Shown here piece by piece: positions 17,368 through 26,828 of a DNA stretch of 31,695 bases. Source of the stretch: Nitrososphaerota archaeon (GTDB taxonomy: Archaea > Thermoproteota > Nitrososphaeria > Nitrososphaerales > UBA57); assembly GCA_002713205.1 (NCBI GenBank), contig PAVW01000005.1, forward strand, positions 1-31,695, written 5' to 3'. The position numbers and the translations under genes were made by a program. Every line of letters starts with the position of its first letter. Positions within the stretch are counted from its first letter, which is position 1. The notes beneath the pieces are model-generated. The model was given only the letters and a program-made list of their open reading frames with translations, did no database searches and was not told the DNA's origin.

Positions 17368-18036
17368 ATGAACCAAAAGGAAAAAGTAATAGTTCTTTTA
17401 TCAGGTGGTTTAGATTCTACAGTTTGTCTATGGTTAATGAAAGAAAAAGATTTTGAACTTTATACTATTACTTTCAATTACTTCAAACGATTTAAAAAAG
17501 AAATTCAATCTTGTTTACAAATTGCTACTTTTGCACAAGTTAAAGAACATAAAACTATAGATTTATCATTCCTTTCTGAATTTGAAGATGAAAAATATCC
17601 TGATTCAAGTCCTTTATTAAATACTAAAAAATTAATTCCGCCTAATTATATCTCTTCCAGAAACTTAATTTATTATTCAATTGCCGCTTGGTGGGCAGAA
17701 AAAATTGGCGCAAGTAAAATAATTGGTGGGCATAATAAAGATGATATAATTTATTTTCCTGATACAACCACTGAATTTTTTTCCTTATTGACAAAATCAA
17801 TAAATCTGGGAAATTATGGTTCAAGTTCTCATAAATATCAAATTATTATTCCCTTGCATAATTATACAAAGTTAAATGTTTTAGAAGAAGCAATTCGTCT
17901 TGATTTACCAATAAACCTTACTTGGAGCTGTCAACGTCGAGAAGATATCGCATGTGGAATTTGTTATTCTTGTAAATCTAGACTAGAATCTTTTCGTCAA
18001 ATTGGTAAAACTGATCCATTAGTATATGCTTTTTAA
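17368..18036 (+). CDS. queC: 7-cyano-7-deazaguanine (preQ0) synthase QueC
   Basis: PP-loop VLLSGGLDSTVCL, and a C-terminal zinc cluster: WSCQ...CGICYSCKSR. Confidence 0.9.
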   Translation: MNQKEKVIVLLSGGLDSTVCLWLMKEKDFELYTITFNYFKRFKKEIQSCLQIATFAQVKEHKTIDLSFLSEFEDEKYPDSSPLLNTKKLIPPNYISSRNLIYYSIAAWWAEKIGASKIIGGHNKDDIIYFPDTTTEFFSLLTKSINLGNYGSSSHKYQIIIPLHNYTKLNVLEEAIRLDLPINLTWSCQRREDIACGICYSCKSRLESFRQIGKTDPLVYAF

Positions 18037-18094
18037 ATTAGCACTAGTAATTTATAGGGATATTTTTATTATATGATGACCATTTTTTAGTTAT

Positions 18095-18826
18095 ATGTTC
18101 AAACACACTAATTTTCGAAAAAATTTCCCAGTTTCTGATTTACCAGATATTCAAAATGAAAAATCACGTTTAAATGTTCATGCAGGAATTTCTAATTTTA
18201 AAACCATTTTTTATGGGTTTGGCTGGCAACTTCCAATAGATATCTCTGTAATAGTTTCTACAGATAATACTCGTGGAGTGCATATGAGTAGATTAGTAAA
18301 AACAACAAAAAAATTTATGAATACAAAATATATTGAAGAATCTCTAATTAATATCCAAAAAGAAGCCAATACCACACAACAAAACTGTAAAGTTATTGTT
18401 AACTTTCAATACCCATTCGAAGATCAATTCTTAGATATATCCATAACACTTGATGAAAAATGTAAATTTAATTATTTATTTTCACTATCTGGTATTACGT
18501 CATGTCCTTGCAGTAAAGCTATTGTTGGAATAGGACATATGCAACGTACCGTTTTGACACTTGAACTTTATGATACTATGGTGAATTTTGATGAAACTGC
18601 TCTAGATTTGTCGAATTGTTTTTCAGCTAAGTTAGAAGAATTTCTTAATCGTCCAGACGAAGCAAAAAAGATAATTGAAGCTCAAGAAAATTCAAAATTT
18701 GTTGAAGATGTGGTACGAGATTGTAAAAAACGATTTCCTCATGCAAAATACATAAATGTTACGAGCCTCGAATCAATTCACTCTCATAATGCAATAGCGT
18801 ATTGGGATTCAAATAATCAAATCTAA
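18095..18826 (+). CDS. folE2: GTP cyclohydrolase, FolE2/MptA family (type IB/IV)
   Basis: DLPDIQNEKS near the N-terminus, GVHMSR and SGITSCPCSKA (metal-binding CPCS), and the size typical of the DUF198/FolE2-MptA family. Confidence 0.8.
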   Translation: MFKHTNFRKNFPVSDLPDIQNEKSRLNVHAGISNFKTIFYGFGWQLPIDISVIVSTDNTRGVHMSRLVKTTKKFMNTKYIEESLINIQKEANTTQQNCKVIVNFQYPFEDQFLDISITLDEKCKFNYLFSLSGITSCPCSKAIVGIGHMQRTVLTLELYDTMVNFDETALDLSNCFSAKLEEFLNRPDEAKKIIEAQENSKFVEDVVRDCKKRFPHAKYINVTSLESIHSHNAIAYWDSNNQI

Positions 18827-18836
18827 TAAAATAATA

Positions 18837-19505
18837 TTAAGCTCTACTTGCGGATTTCATAACCGCTAAGAATTCTTGTTTATTTGTAAAATTAAGATAC
18901 ATATTGTGTCTTTTTTCATATCTAATACTTGAAATAAGTCTTGAACCATAATCATGCCCAGGACAGATTTTTACATGATCATCTAATTTCATTATCTTTT
19001 TAAAACTTTCATACAGATCACTTTCTTTTCCACCAGGAAGATCTGTCCTTCCACAAGTTCCCACAAACAAAGTATCTCCAGTGAAAAGAAAGTTCTTTTT
19101 CTTCTCATTTTTATTCGTAACTAGAAAACAAACACTATCTGGCGTATGACCTGGAGTATGGATTACCTTGATAGACTGTTGACCTAATTTTAGTACATCT
19201 CCACCCTTTAATCCTATATCTTTCTGGATTGGGGCACTTTCATGGATTGCAATTTGCGCACCTGTTCTTTGTGCGGTCTCTTTATTTCCCATTGCATGAT
19301 CCCAATGACTGTGGGTATTCAAAATATATTTAATTTCTATATCCATTATTCGAACTTTTGTAATGATTTTATCTATATCTCTACCAGGATCAATTATTAC
19401 TCCTGTTTTTGTATCAGTATCTCCGACAATATACGAAAAATTCTTCATATTGCCAACAATAATTTGCGCAAATTCCATTTCGTCTAATAAAACATGTACA
19501 TTCAA
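18837..19505 (-). CDS. MBL-fold metallo-hydrolase, hydroxyacylglutathione hydrolase (glyoxalase II)/ETHE1-like
   Basis: NTHSHWDHAMGN (THxHxDH), HTPGHTPDS, FTGDTLFVGTCGRTDLPGG, CPGHDY. Confidence 0.8.
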   Translation of the reverse strand: MNVHVLLDEMEFAQIIVGNMKNFSYIVGDTDTKTGVIIDPGRDIDKIITKVRIMDIEIKYILNTHSHWDHAMGNKETAQRTGAQIAIHESAPIQKDIGLKGGDVLKLGQQSIKVIHTPGHTPDSVCFLVTNKNEKKKNFLFTGDTLFVGTCGRTDLPGGKESDLYESFKKIMKLDDHVKICPGHDYGSRLISSIRYEKRHNMYLNFTNKQEFLAVMKSASRA

Positions 19506-19516
19506 CTAATATAATG

Positions 19517-20209
19517 CTATAGTTGATTTTCAAGTTCTGGAGGTATCCCAATTTGTACTACAATTACTTCTCCTGTAATGTTGATTTTATTTTTAATACC
19601 GGGTTTTGATTTATGAAAAGTTACTGTCATATTTGCTTTCACGCATTTATCTTGAATATTTCCATTATTTGGATCGATTCCAGATGGAATGTCTACTGCC
19701 ACCTTAAATGAATTTGATTTATTTATTATTTCAATAATCTGTGAAGCTGGATTTTTTATACTTCCTTTCAATCCAGTTCCAAATATTGAATCTATAATAA
19801 TATCTGCAGATTCACTTACTTCTCTAAATTTATTAAAAAATTTTTCATCGTCAATATATTCGTAAATTGAAATACTTTTAATTTGTTTGATTATTTGCCA
19901 ATTTGTTTTGTTTTCTTTGGTTTTTATTAATTCACCAGAAGTTAATAAAAAGAGAGAAATTGATTTTGAAAAATTACAAAGATGCCTTGCACACACCATG
20001 CCATCGCCTCCATTATTACCACTTCCACAAACTATGATTATATTCTTATTTTTTATATCTTTGAATTTTTTAATTATTTCAACTGCAAGTTTTGCTCCTG
20101 CATTTTCCATTAATAATAATTTTGAAATACCACTTTTCTCCGCTTTATTTTCAAGCGCTTTCATTTTCATTGGATCTATTTCATCCAAATTTTCTTCAAT
20201 ATAATCCAT
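19517..20209 (-). CDS. nnrE: NAD(P)H-hydrate epimerase (YjeF N-terminal domain only)
   Basis: MENAG..., IIVCGSGNNGGDGMVCARHL, AVDIPSG. 230 aa with no carbohydrate-kinase (dehydratase) domain. Confidence 0.85.
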   Translation of the reverse strand: MDYIEENLDEIDPMKMKALENKAEKSGISKLLLMENAGAKLAVEIIKKFKDIKNKNIIIVCGSGNNGGDGMVCARHLCNFSKSISLFLLTSGELIKTKENKTNWQIIKQIKSISIYEYIDDEKFFNKFREVSESADIIIDSIFGTGLKGSIKNPASQIIEIINKSNSFKVAVDIPSGIDPNNGNIQDKCVKANMTVTFHKSKPGIKNKINITGEVIVVQIGIPPELENQL

Positions 20210-20266
20210 GTAAGACTTATATTAATACAAGTATAAAATGAACTTCTAAATATGATTTTTTTATAT

Positions 20267-20860
20267 TTATTTGTAATGTTTACCTTGCCGAAATGCAATA
20301 ATATCTGCTGATTTAATATCACGTAAACCTCTTCTGTTTGGACGACTCTTACTTAATGATGATGTTCCAAACTCATCCACTATTTCAATTATTGAATGTT
20401 CATCAAGTTGTAATTTTAATATACGTGCTAAATTGTTTGAAACTTTCTTATTACCATTTCCAATTCTAATAATTTTTTTTATATTTATAAAAACTTTAGA
20501 TATTTCATTAATGATTTTTTGTAATTCATTTATAGATGATAAAACATTCCAGTAGATTTTTTTTCTTCCATTATATACAGTTATTCCTATTCTCAAACCA
20601 GGATCTATTCCGATTATTATTAAATCAGATTTTACATGATTTATTTTATTCATGATTAAACAAAGAAATGTCTCAGAATATTCAATCTCTTCTAAAGTTA
20701 AATAATTCAATTTATTTACATAGTGTTTTTCTGAATTAGTCGTTATAATTAAATTCACAGTCTGAGGTATTTTATTATCTGGAATTAAACTGAGAAAAGG
20801 AAAATTGTATTGTTTTAATAATTGAGTGATTTTATAATATGATTTAATATCAGATGTCAT
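20267..20860 (-). CDS. Putative RNase H-fold nuclease (YqgF/RuvX/RuvC-like C-terminal half) with an uncharacterised N-terminal ~80 aa
   Basis: LIIIGIDPGLRIGITVY (first catalytic-Asp strand pattern) ... IIRIGNGN ... IIEIVDEFGTS (DE-x-x-T/S pattern) follow the YqgF/RuvC order. Confidence 0.5.
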   Translation of the reverse strand: MTSDIKSYYKITQLLKQYNFPFLSLIPDNKIPQTVNLIITTNSEKHYVNKLNYLTLEEIEYSETFLCLIMNKINHVKSDLIIIGIDPGLRIGITVYNGRKKIYWNVLSSINELQKIINEISKVFINIKKIIRIGNGNKKVSNNLARILKLQLDEHSIIEIVDEFGTSSLSKSRPNRRGLRDIKSADIIAFRQGKHYK

Positions 20861-20984
20861 TACGGCAATTTCATCAGATTGCTTAACTTGTTGCTGTAAT
20901 TATACCACCAATGATAATGTATTTTCTTCTTTCTTAACTCTTAATCAGTAGTATATATTTCACGGGGGTCTAAATACATTAAAT

Positions 20985-21614
20985 ATGCCTATCAATGAAA
21001 ACACTAACCATTTCATAGATACAAACGATTTTTTCGAATTATTGAATTCTAATTCAAATTCAATATTAATGGAGACTGAAATACTTAGAGATGAAATCTT
21101 TCCTTTACTTTTGAATTATATTCCAAAACACGCTCACATTATATATTTTGACTTTGATGCCTGGCTAAGGACTTATTCCACTTTTCATAAATTAGATCAA
21201 AAAATCACCTTAATTAATCCTAATTCTATGGATTTAGAACAGTCTTTATTGTCTTTTCTCTCTTGGACATCTCCATCTTTTGATTTCTTGATATTGGATT
21301 CACTTACAACTCTTTATCAAATGCTTGATAAATCCTCAGATTACAACGTAGCAAATCAGAAATTTGGTTATTATTTTGCTAATATGATTAATTTTGCAAA
21401 TCGAATAAATGCTAAAATATTTCTTTCTAGTTTTCCCACTAAAAAAAATAATTCTCCTTGGTATAAAAATTATCTTGGTAGTAAATTAATGAAACACATG
21501 ACTGATAATATAGTTATTATGGATTACAAAAATACTGTTATTCATTGTAAATTTATTCAAACAATTAAACCTATATCCAGAATGGATTTTTGCTTAAGGA
21601 TTAATTCCCCTTAA
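20985..21614 (+). CDS. Hypothetical protein, possibly a degenerate RecA/KaiC-like fold lacking a P-loop
   Basis: FDFLILDSLTTLYQM resembles a RecA/KaiC/RadB Walker-B strand plus the following helix. No GxxxxGK[ST] occurs anywhere in the 209 aa. Confidence 0.4.
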   Translation: MPINENTNHFIDTNDFFELLNSNSNSILMETEILRDEIFPLLLNYIPKHAHIIYFDFDAWLRTYSTFHKLDQKITLINPNSMDLEQSLLSFLSWTSPSFDFLILDSLTTLYQMLDKSSDYNVANQKFGYYFANMINFANRINAKIFLSSFPTKKNNSPWYKNYLGSKLMKHMTDNIVIMDYKNTVIHCKFIQTIKPISRMDFCLRINSP

Positions 21615-22023
21615 CCGCATATACAAAAAATCCAATCAACATTCCCATTAATAATAAAACTAAACCCATTGTAATAAATCCAGTTGTGCTTCTACCCTTA
21701 ACTGCTTGTTTGGTTCCTCTATTAATTAATTGTAACCCAAATAGACCTGCAAATATATAAGAACCCCAGAGAACTACTTCAGCATTTGATTGTAATACAT
21801 ATCCAGGTAAAATTGGTAATGAAGTACTAATTGAACCCCCTTCTAATAGAGCGTTTACAATACCTGATGCTAGAAGACCAAACGCTATTAAATAAAAAAC
21901 AATTATTGCCCTACCACGAATAAAAAATGATGCACCTTGAATGGTTTTATTGGCAATTTTTAAACGGCGAAGTCTATAACTAAGATTACGACTAATCGAA
22001 TCGATTTTATTCTTTATTACCAT
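21601..22023 (-). CDS. Small integral membrane protein (about 3-4 TM helices)
   Basis: Hydrophobic stretches: IIVFYLIAFGLLASGIV, VVLWGSYIFAGLFGLQLI, GFITMGLVLLLMGMLIGFFVYAV. Its start overlaps the upstream ORF by 17 nt. Confidence 0.6.
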   Translation of the reverse strand: MVIKNKIDSISRNLSYRLRRLKIANKTIQGASFFIRGRAIIVFYLIAFGLLASGIVNALLEGGSISTSLPILPGYVLQSNAEVVLWGSYIFAGLFGLQLINRGTKQAVKGRSTTGFITMGLVLLLMGMLIGFFVYAVKGN

Positions 22024-22237
22024 GGTTTTCTTTTTCCTCCATTATTACCTGTTTTACGAATTTTCCTGTTGTAGATAATTCTAATAACTTTCTTAAGTAG
22101 TTTTTCCAATCTAAATTATCGTATCTATCAGTCCAAATCTTATAACCTGATTTTAGATTATTATAAGCAATTTCATGATAAATACAAAAAATACTTGAAC
22201 TTAATGGTTCGCCATTACATAATTTACAGCTTTTCAT
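22007..22237 (-). CDS. Small Cys/His zinc-knuckle-like protein (76 aa)
   Basis: N-terminal CKLC-x10-CIYH. Its ATG overlaps the topA stop (ATGA, 22234-22237), which suggests translational coupling. Confidence 0.5.
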   Translation of the reverse strand: MKSCKLCNGEPLSSSIFCIYHEIAYNNLKSGYKIWTDRYDNLDWKNYLRKLLELSTTGKFVKQVIMEEKENHGNKE

Positions 22238-24366
22238 AGTTTTCTCTTCCTTTTACTAGGACAATCTGGATTTATACAAAAAATCCACGGATTACCTTTA
22301 AATACAGTTTTGATTTTTGGCCATAAACAAGTCATACAACTTTTTTTATAAATTTTTATCAATCCAAACCTGGGTAATGACGCTTTTACAATACAACTTT
22401 CATTAACACTATTTGAACATATTAAAGCTCTATTTCTAGAATTTGATGTAATTATTAAATCCCCTTTTTTACAAATTGTACATTTTGCTAAACTATTATT
22501 AGTTGATTGAATTACTAAATTTTTTGTAGCCGAAAATAATTTTTTACCTATTAATATATTATTTTTTTGAATTTCTTTAATTATTAACCTAAGATTTTTA
22601 CTTGATATAGTTAACACCTTTTCTTGTGTTGTTTTTCTATTCTCTATTTCTTCAAGTTGTTTTTCCATTTTTCTAGTCATTTCAGATGATAAAATTAATG
22701 GAGAATAAATTTGTAGAACTTCAACTAACGCTCTTGCTAAATGCGTCGACTTTAATTTAGTACCTTTAATATAAGCCCGATCTATAATTGTTTGTATTAT
22801 ATTTGCACGTGTTGATTTAGTTCCTACGTTCTCTTTTTCCATCTTTTCTATTAATGTAATTTGATTAAACGGACGTGGAGCAGTTTCAAAATTTTCTTCC
22901 ATTCTGATTCTTTTAACATTAAATTTTTCTGCAATTTGGAAATTTACGTGTTTTTTATTTTCTTTATTATGTTTGCTATTGGTTTCTTTTTTAATTTTTT
23001 TTGACGAACTTAAAAATATATATTTTCCAATATTAAAATGAATTAAATTAATTTTTCCTATGATGGGTTTTTCAAATAATTCGAGAAATCTCGTTACAAT
23101 TAAATTAAATATTTTTTTTTCGGTATTTGATAATTGAAATTTAGTCATTTTACCTGTAGGATATATTGACGGATGAGCATTATCAGACATTTTACCTTGT
23201 GTTGGTGTCAGTTTTTTCTTTTTTAATAAATTATTTGTTATTCTGGTAAATTCTGGTAGTTTACTTAAATTTGAAATTATTTTTCTATAATTTATTGAGG
23301 TTGGTAATTTTTGACTTGCAGTTCTTGGATATGAAATTAACGCTTTTAGATATAATTTTTCAGCTATATTTAATGTCTGATATGGATTTAATTTATATAA
23401 TTTGAATGCTTTTTTTTGTAATTCACTTAAATTAAAAGGCACTGGAGGATTTATTTTAAAATTATTTTTATTAATTTTTGATATAATTGCCTTTTCACCT
23501 TTGCAATTCTTAATAATATTATTTGCTTCTTTTTTTTCGATTATTTTTTCCTTTTTATATTTAATTTTTAACCATGTTGTTTTTCCATTTTCTGTTGTTT
23601 CAATATATGCATTTATACTCCAAAATGGTAATGGCACATGAGTTTCAATTTGTAAATCATTTTCTACGACATATGCAATAGTTGGCCCTTGAACTCTCCC
23701 AATGCTTAATGTTCTGTATTTGTTACTATATGACATGAAAGCCAATGATAACGCCTTAGATATGTTTATTCCATACATACAATCTATTACATGACGAGTT
23801 CTACCTGCAATAGCTAAATCTATATCAATATGTTTTTCCATGTTTGAAAATGCATTTTTAATATCTTTCTCTGTTAGAGTAGAGAATTTCACTCGTTTTG
23901 CAATTTTCTGTTTTTCATTACATGCATATTTTAAAATATTATATCCTATTGTTTCTCCTTCTTGGTCAAGATCACACGCAAGAATAAATTCTTTAGCATC
24001 TTTTGATAATAGTTTTATTAAATTAATTTTTGAATTAATAATTACTGCTTTATTTTTTGGTTTATTAATTGGAGTCCATGAATAATCAAATCTAGGCAAT
24101 TTTGATTGTGTTTTTGCTAAGTTTATTTTGTATAAATGCCCTAAAGCTGAGCAAATTACAAGTTCTTTGCCTTTATAATTTAAATTAAATACAATAGAAT
24201 CTGTGACTTTTTGAGTTCTGTATGTGTTATTTGATAATGCCTCAGCTATTTTTCTTGCCGCTTCTGGCTTTTCACAAATAACTAAAGAATAATCTTTTTT
24301 GATTATTTTATTATTTTCATATAAATATGTATTTTTCATCTTTAGAAATATGCAATTCTTATACAA
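22234..24366 (-). CDS. topA: DNA topoisomerase, type IA (TopA/Topo III-like) with C-terminal zinc-ribbon repeats
   Basis: Toprim start LVICEKPEAARKIAEAL, DLDQEGE, active-site ISYPRTASQ (catalytic Tyr), and C-terminal CTIC...C..., C..C...CINPDC. The true start may be an internal Met (e.g. MKNTYLY). Confidence 0.85.
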   Translation of the reverse strand: MYKNCIFLKMKNTYLYENNKIIKKDYSLVICEKPEAARKIAEALSNNTYRTQKVTDSIVFNLNYKGKELVICSALGHLYKINLAKTQSKLPRFDYSWTPINKPKNKAVIINSKINLIKLLSKDAKEFILACDLDQEGETIGYNILKYACNEKQKIAKRVKFSTLTEKDIKNAFSNMEKHIDIDLAIAGRTRHVIDCMYGINISKALSLAFMSYSNKYRTLSIGRVQGPTIAYVVENDLQIETHVPLPFWSINAYIETTENGKTTWLKIKYKKEKIIEKKEANNIIKNCKGEKAIISKINKNNFKINPPVPFNLSELQKKAFKLYKLNPYQTLNIAEKLYLKALISYPRTASQKLPTSINYRKIISNLSKLPEFTRITNNLLKKKKLTPTQGKMSDNAHPSIYPTGKMTKFQLSNTEKKIFNLIVTRFLELFEKPIIGKINLIHFNIGKYIFLSSSKKIKKETNSKHNKENKKHVNFQIAEKFNVKRIRMEENFETAPRPFNQITLIEKMEKENVGTKSTRANIIQTIIDRAYIKGTKLKSTHLARALVEVLQIYSPLILSSEMTRKMEKQLEEIENRKTTQEKVLTISSKNLRLIIKEIQKNNILIGKKLFSATKNLVIQSTNNSLAKCTICKKGDLIITSNSRNRALICSNSVNESCIVKASLPRFGLIKIYKKSCMTCLWPKIKTVFKGNPWIFCINPDCPSKRKRKL

Positions 24367-24445
24367 TTAACTATAAATTTGTTACTAAATGAGATTTTGA
24401 ATATTAGTTAAACTTCTATATCTGGATAATTTAATCCATGATATC

Positions 24446-26827
24446 TTGATTAAACAATTACTTGTTTTTAGCTTAATTATTCTCTTTATTTCTAGTAATA
24501 TGTTCATACCACACTCATCATCTCAACAACGAATAATTATTTATGTCTCAGATGATTCCGTTTCTCAAATAAGTAATGAATTCCAATCTAATTCATTAAT
24601 AAATTCTCAACTGCAGAACCAGTTAAAATTAGAGGCTCTTGATGTTCTAAATTATATTCATAATTCTGGTATAAAATATCAACTAGTAGATATCCTAGTC
24701 TTCGGTATTCATGCAATTATTCTAGATATAGATTCTTCTGACCTCCAAAAAATTATTACTCTTTTCCCTGACAAAAAAATCTTTACTGATGAAATATTGA
24801 ATATAAAACTCGATAAAAGTTTCGAATTAATTAAAGCAACATATGTACAGAATTTTACTTTTGATAATGGAAAAAAACTAACTGGAAATAATATTACAAT
24901 TGCTATTATTGATACTGGAATTAATTATAATCATTCTTCTCTAGGTGGTGGCTTTGGACCAGGCTACAAAGTTATTGGGGGATATGATTTTGTTGACAAT
25001 GATGATGATCCATTCGATGAACATGGTCATGGTACTCATATAGCAGGGATAATTGCAAGTACTGTTTCTATTAAAGGAATTTCTCCTAATGTTAATCTTC
25101 TTGCTTATCGAGTTGTAGGTTATAATGGTTTAGTTCAGGCAAGTGATGTTATAATAGCTATGAATCGTGCAGTAATTGACGGTTCTGATATTATTAATCT
25201 AAGTTTAGGCAGCATGACTGAATCTAATAATCTACGTAAAACTACTAAAGAAATAGCCAAATCTGGTACAATTATTGTAACTGCAGTAGGTAATAGTGGT
25301 CCTATTTCTGGTAGTATAGGAGACCCAGCAAAGTATGAAGATGTAATTTCAGTTGGTTCTCAATATAACACACGTAATTCAACTCTTGGTGTGGTTCAAT
25401 TACCTGACATTAACGAAGAAATATTTGGTTTACCAATGAAAGATTCTGTTCTACCTAACACGCCTTTGACTGGAGAATTTGTCTTTGTTAATTATGCAAG
25501 ATTACAAGATGTATTAGATATAGATCTCAACGGAAAAATAGCTATTGCACTACGTCGAGGAGCTGAACCAAATGAAATTGTATACTTCTCGACAAAAGAA
25601 GCTATTGTCTCATCAAAAGGTGCACAGGGATTGATAATAATTAATACCTTACCTGGTATCGTTCATGGACAATTAATTCATCCAAATTCACCTCCAGAAT
25701 ACAAACCAACCATACCGACTATTTTGATTACTCAAGAAGATGGTCAAATAATATTAAACGCACTACAAAATCGACAACTTTTAGGAACTGTTGACATAAA
25801 AACAGGATTGTTTACAAATTTAATTTCTCTATTTAGTTCTCGAGGTCCTATTTCTTCATTTTATATTAAACCAGATATTATTGCCCCTGGTGAAAACATT
25901 AACTCAACATGGCTTCAGAATTCATTTATGATTCAGAATGGTACAAGTTTTGCTACGCCCCATGTTACTGCAGCAATTGCTTTATTATTAGAACTTCATG
26001 GTCCACTTTCTAAAGATGAGATTTTGGGAATTTTAGGACCTTCTTCTACAACTTTGACAAACTCTTTTGATCAACCATGGTCTGTAAATATACAAGGTTC
26101 AGGAAGCTTAAATCTTCAAACTGCTTTACAAAATCCTGTAATTATCTCCCCTTCAAAATTATCATTTAATCTTGCTAATCAAAACAAAGAATATACAAAA
26201 ATTATCAAAATTAAATCACTTATTGATGAACCATTAGATATTTTTATTGATGATAATATATCTCTTGGTTCTAATGTTGATTTTATATTTAATTCATCAC
26301 ACGTTAATCTAACTAATGACCAAGAAATCGCAATAGAACTTCATGTCAAATTAAACAATGACATAATTGAACCTCATAGCTCTGAAACTCGATTAATAAT
26401 TACCACTAATTCTACAAAACTAATGAAATTGACTATACCGATTATTGTTCATTTTAATGATATCTCAGTTAATATTATCAAATTAGACGATAATTATGAA
26501 ATTACACCTAATGGTATAGACGCCTATGATGAAATATTTTATCAAATATATAGACTAGAAGATGGTCACCGCTTTGACAAAACATTTTCGTCTGATGAAC
26601 CTACTATATTTACATTAGAACAAGGTCATTATTTGATTGATGTTATTATCTCTCATAACAATACTTTCTCATATGGCGGCATTGAATTTGACACCTCTCA
26701 ACATGTAAATCCAATTACTACTGATTTTCAACAACCATTTAATGATGTTATATTTCGTAATTTGATAATTCCAGCCTTGATATTTGGTCTTGTTTTCTTA
26801 TTTATTTTAATATTAATTAAAAAATAA
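24446..26827 (+). CDS. Secreted, membrane-anchored subtilisin-like serine protease (S8 family) with an inserted PA domain and a C-terminal TM anchor
   Basis: Signal-like N-terminus LLVFSLIILFISS. Catalytic triad blocks are IIDTGINYNH (D), HGHGTHIAG (H) and GTSFATPHVTAA (S). The C-terminus has LIIPALIFGLVFLFILILIKK. Confidence 0.9.
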   Translation: MIKQLLVFSLIILFISSNMFIPHSSSQQRIIIYVSDDSVSQISNEFQSNSLINSQLQNQLKLEALDVLNYIHNSGIKYQLVDILVFGIHAIILDIDSSDLQKIITLFPDKKIFTDEILNIKLDKSFELIKATYVQNFTFDNGKKLTGNNITIAIIDTGINYNHSSLGGGFGPGYKVIGGYDFVDNDDDPFDEHGHGTHIAGIIASTVSIKGISPNVNLLAYRVVGYNGLVQASDVIIAMNRAVIDGSDIINLSLGSMTESNNLRKTTKEIAKSGTIIVTAVGNSGPISGSIGDPAKYEDVISVGSQYNTRNSTLGVVQLPDINEEIFGLPMKDSVLPNTPLTGEFVFVNYARLQDVLDIDLNGKIAIALRRGAEPNEIVYFSTKEAIVSSKGAQGLIIINTLPGIVHGQLIHPNSPPEYKPTIPTILITQEDGQIILNALQNRQLLGTVDIKTGLFTNLISLFSSRGPISSFYIKPDIIAPGENINSTWLQNSFMIQNGTSFATPHVTAAIALLLELHGPLSKDEILGILGPSSTTLTNSFDQPWSVNIQGSGSLNLQTALQNPVIISPSKLSFNLANQNKEYTKIIKIKSLIDEPLDIFIDDNISLGSNVDFIFNSSHVNLTNDQEIAIELHVKLNNDIIEPHSSETRLIITTNSTKLMKLTIPIIVHFNDISVNIIKLDDNYEITPNGIDAYDEIFYQIYRLEDGHRFDKTFSSDEPTIFTLEQGHYLIDVIISHNNTFSYGGIEFDTSQHVNPITTDFQQPFNDVIFRNLIIPALIFGLVFLFILILIKK

Positions 26828-26828
26828 T

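Noticed and set aside
20861-20984. Possible C/D-box sRNA or other small RNA in the 124-bp divergent spacer
   Set aside because: Only imperfect box-like strings are present (AATGATAA, and CTGA on the other strand), without correct C/D/C'/D' order or spacing and without terminal pairing. This fits a divergent promoter region better.
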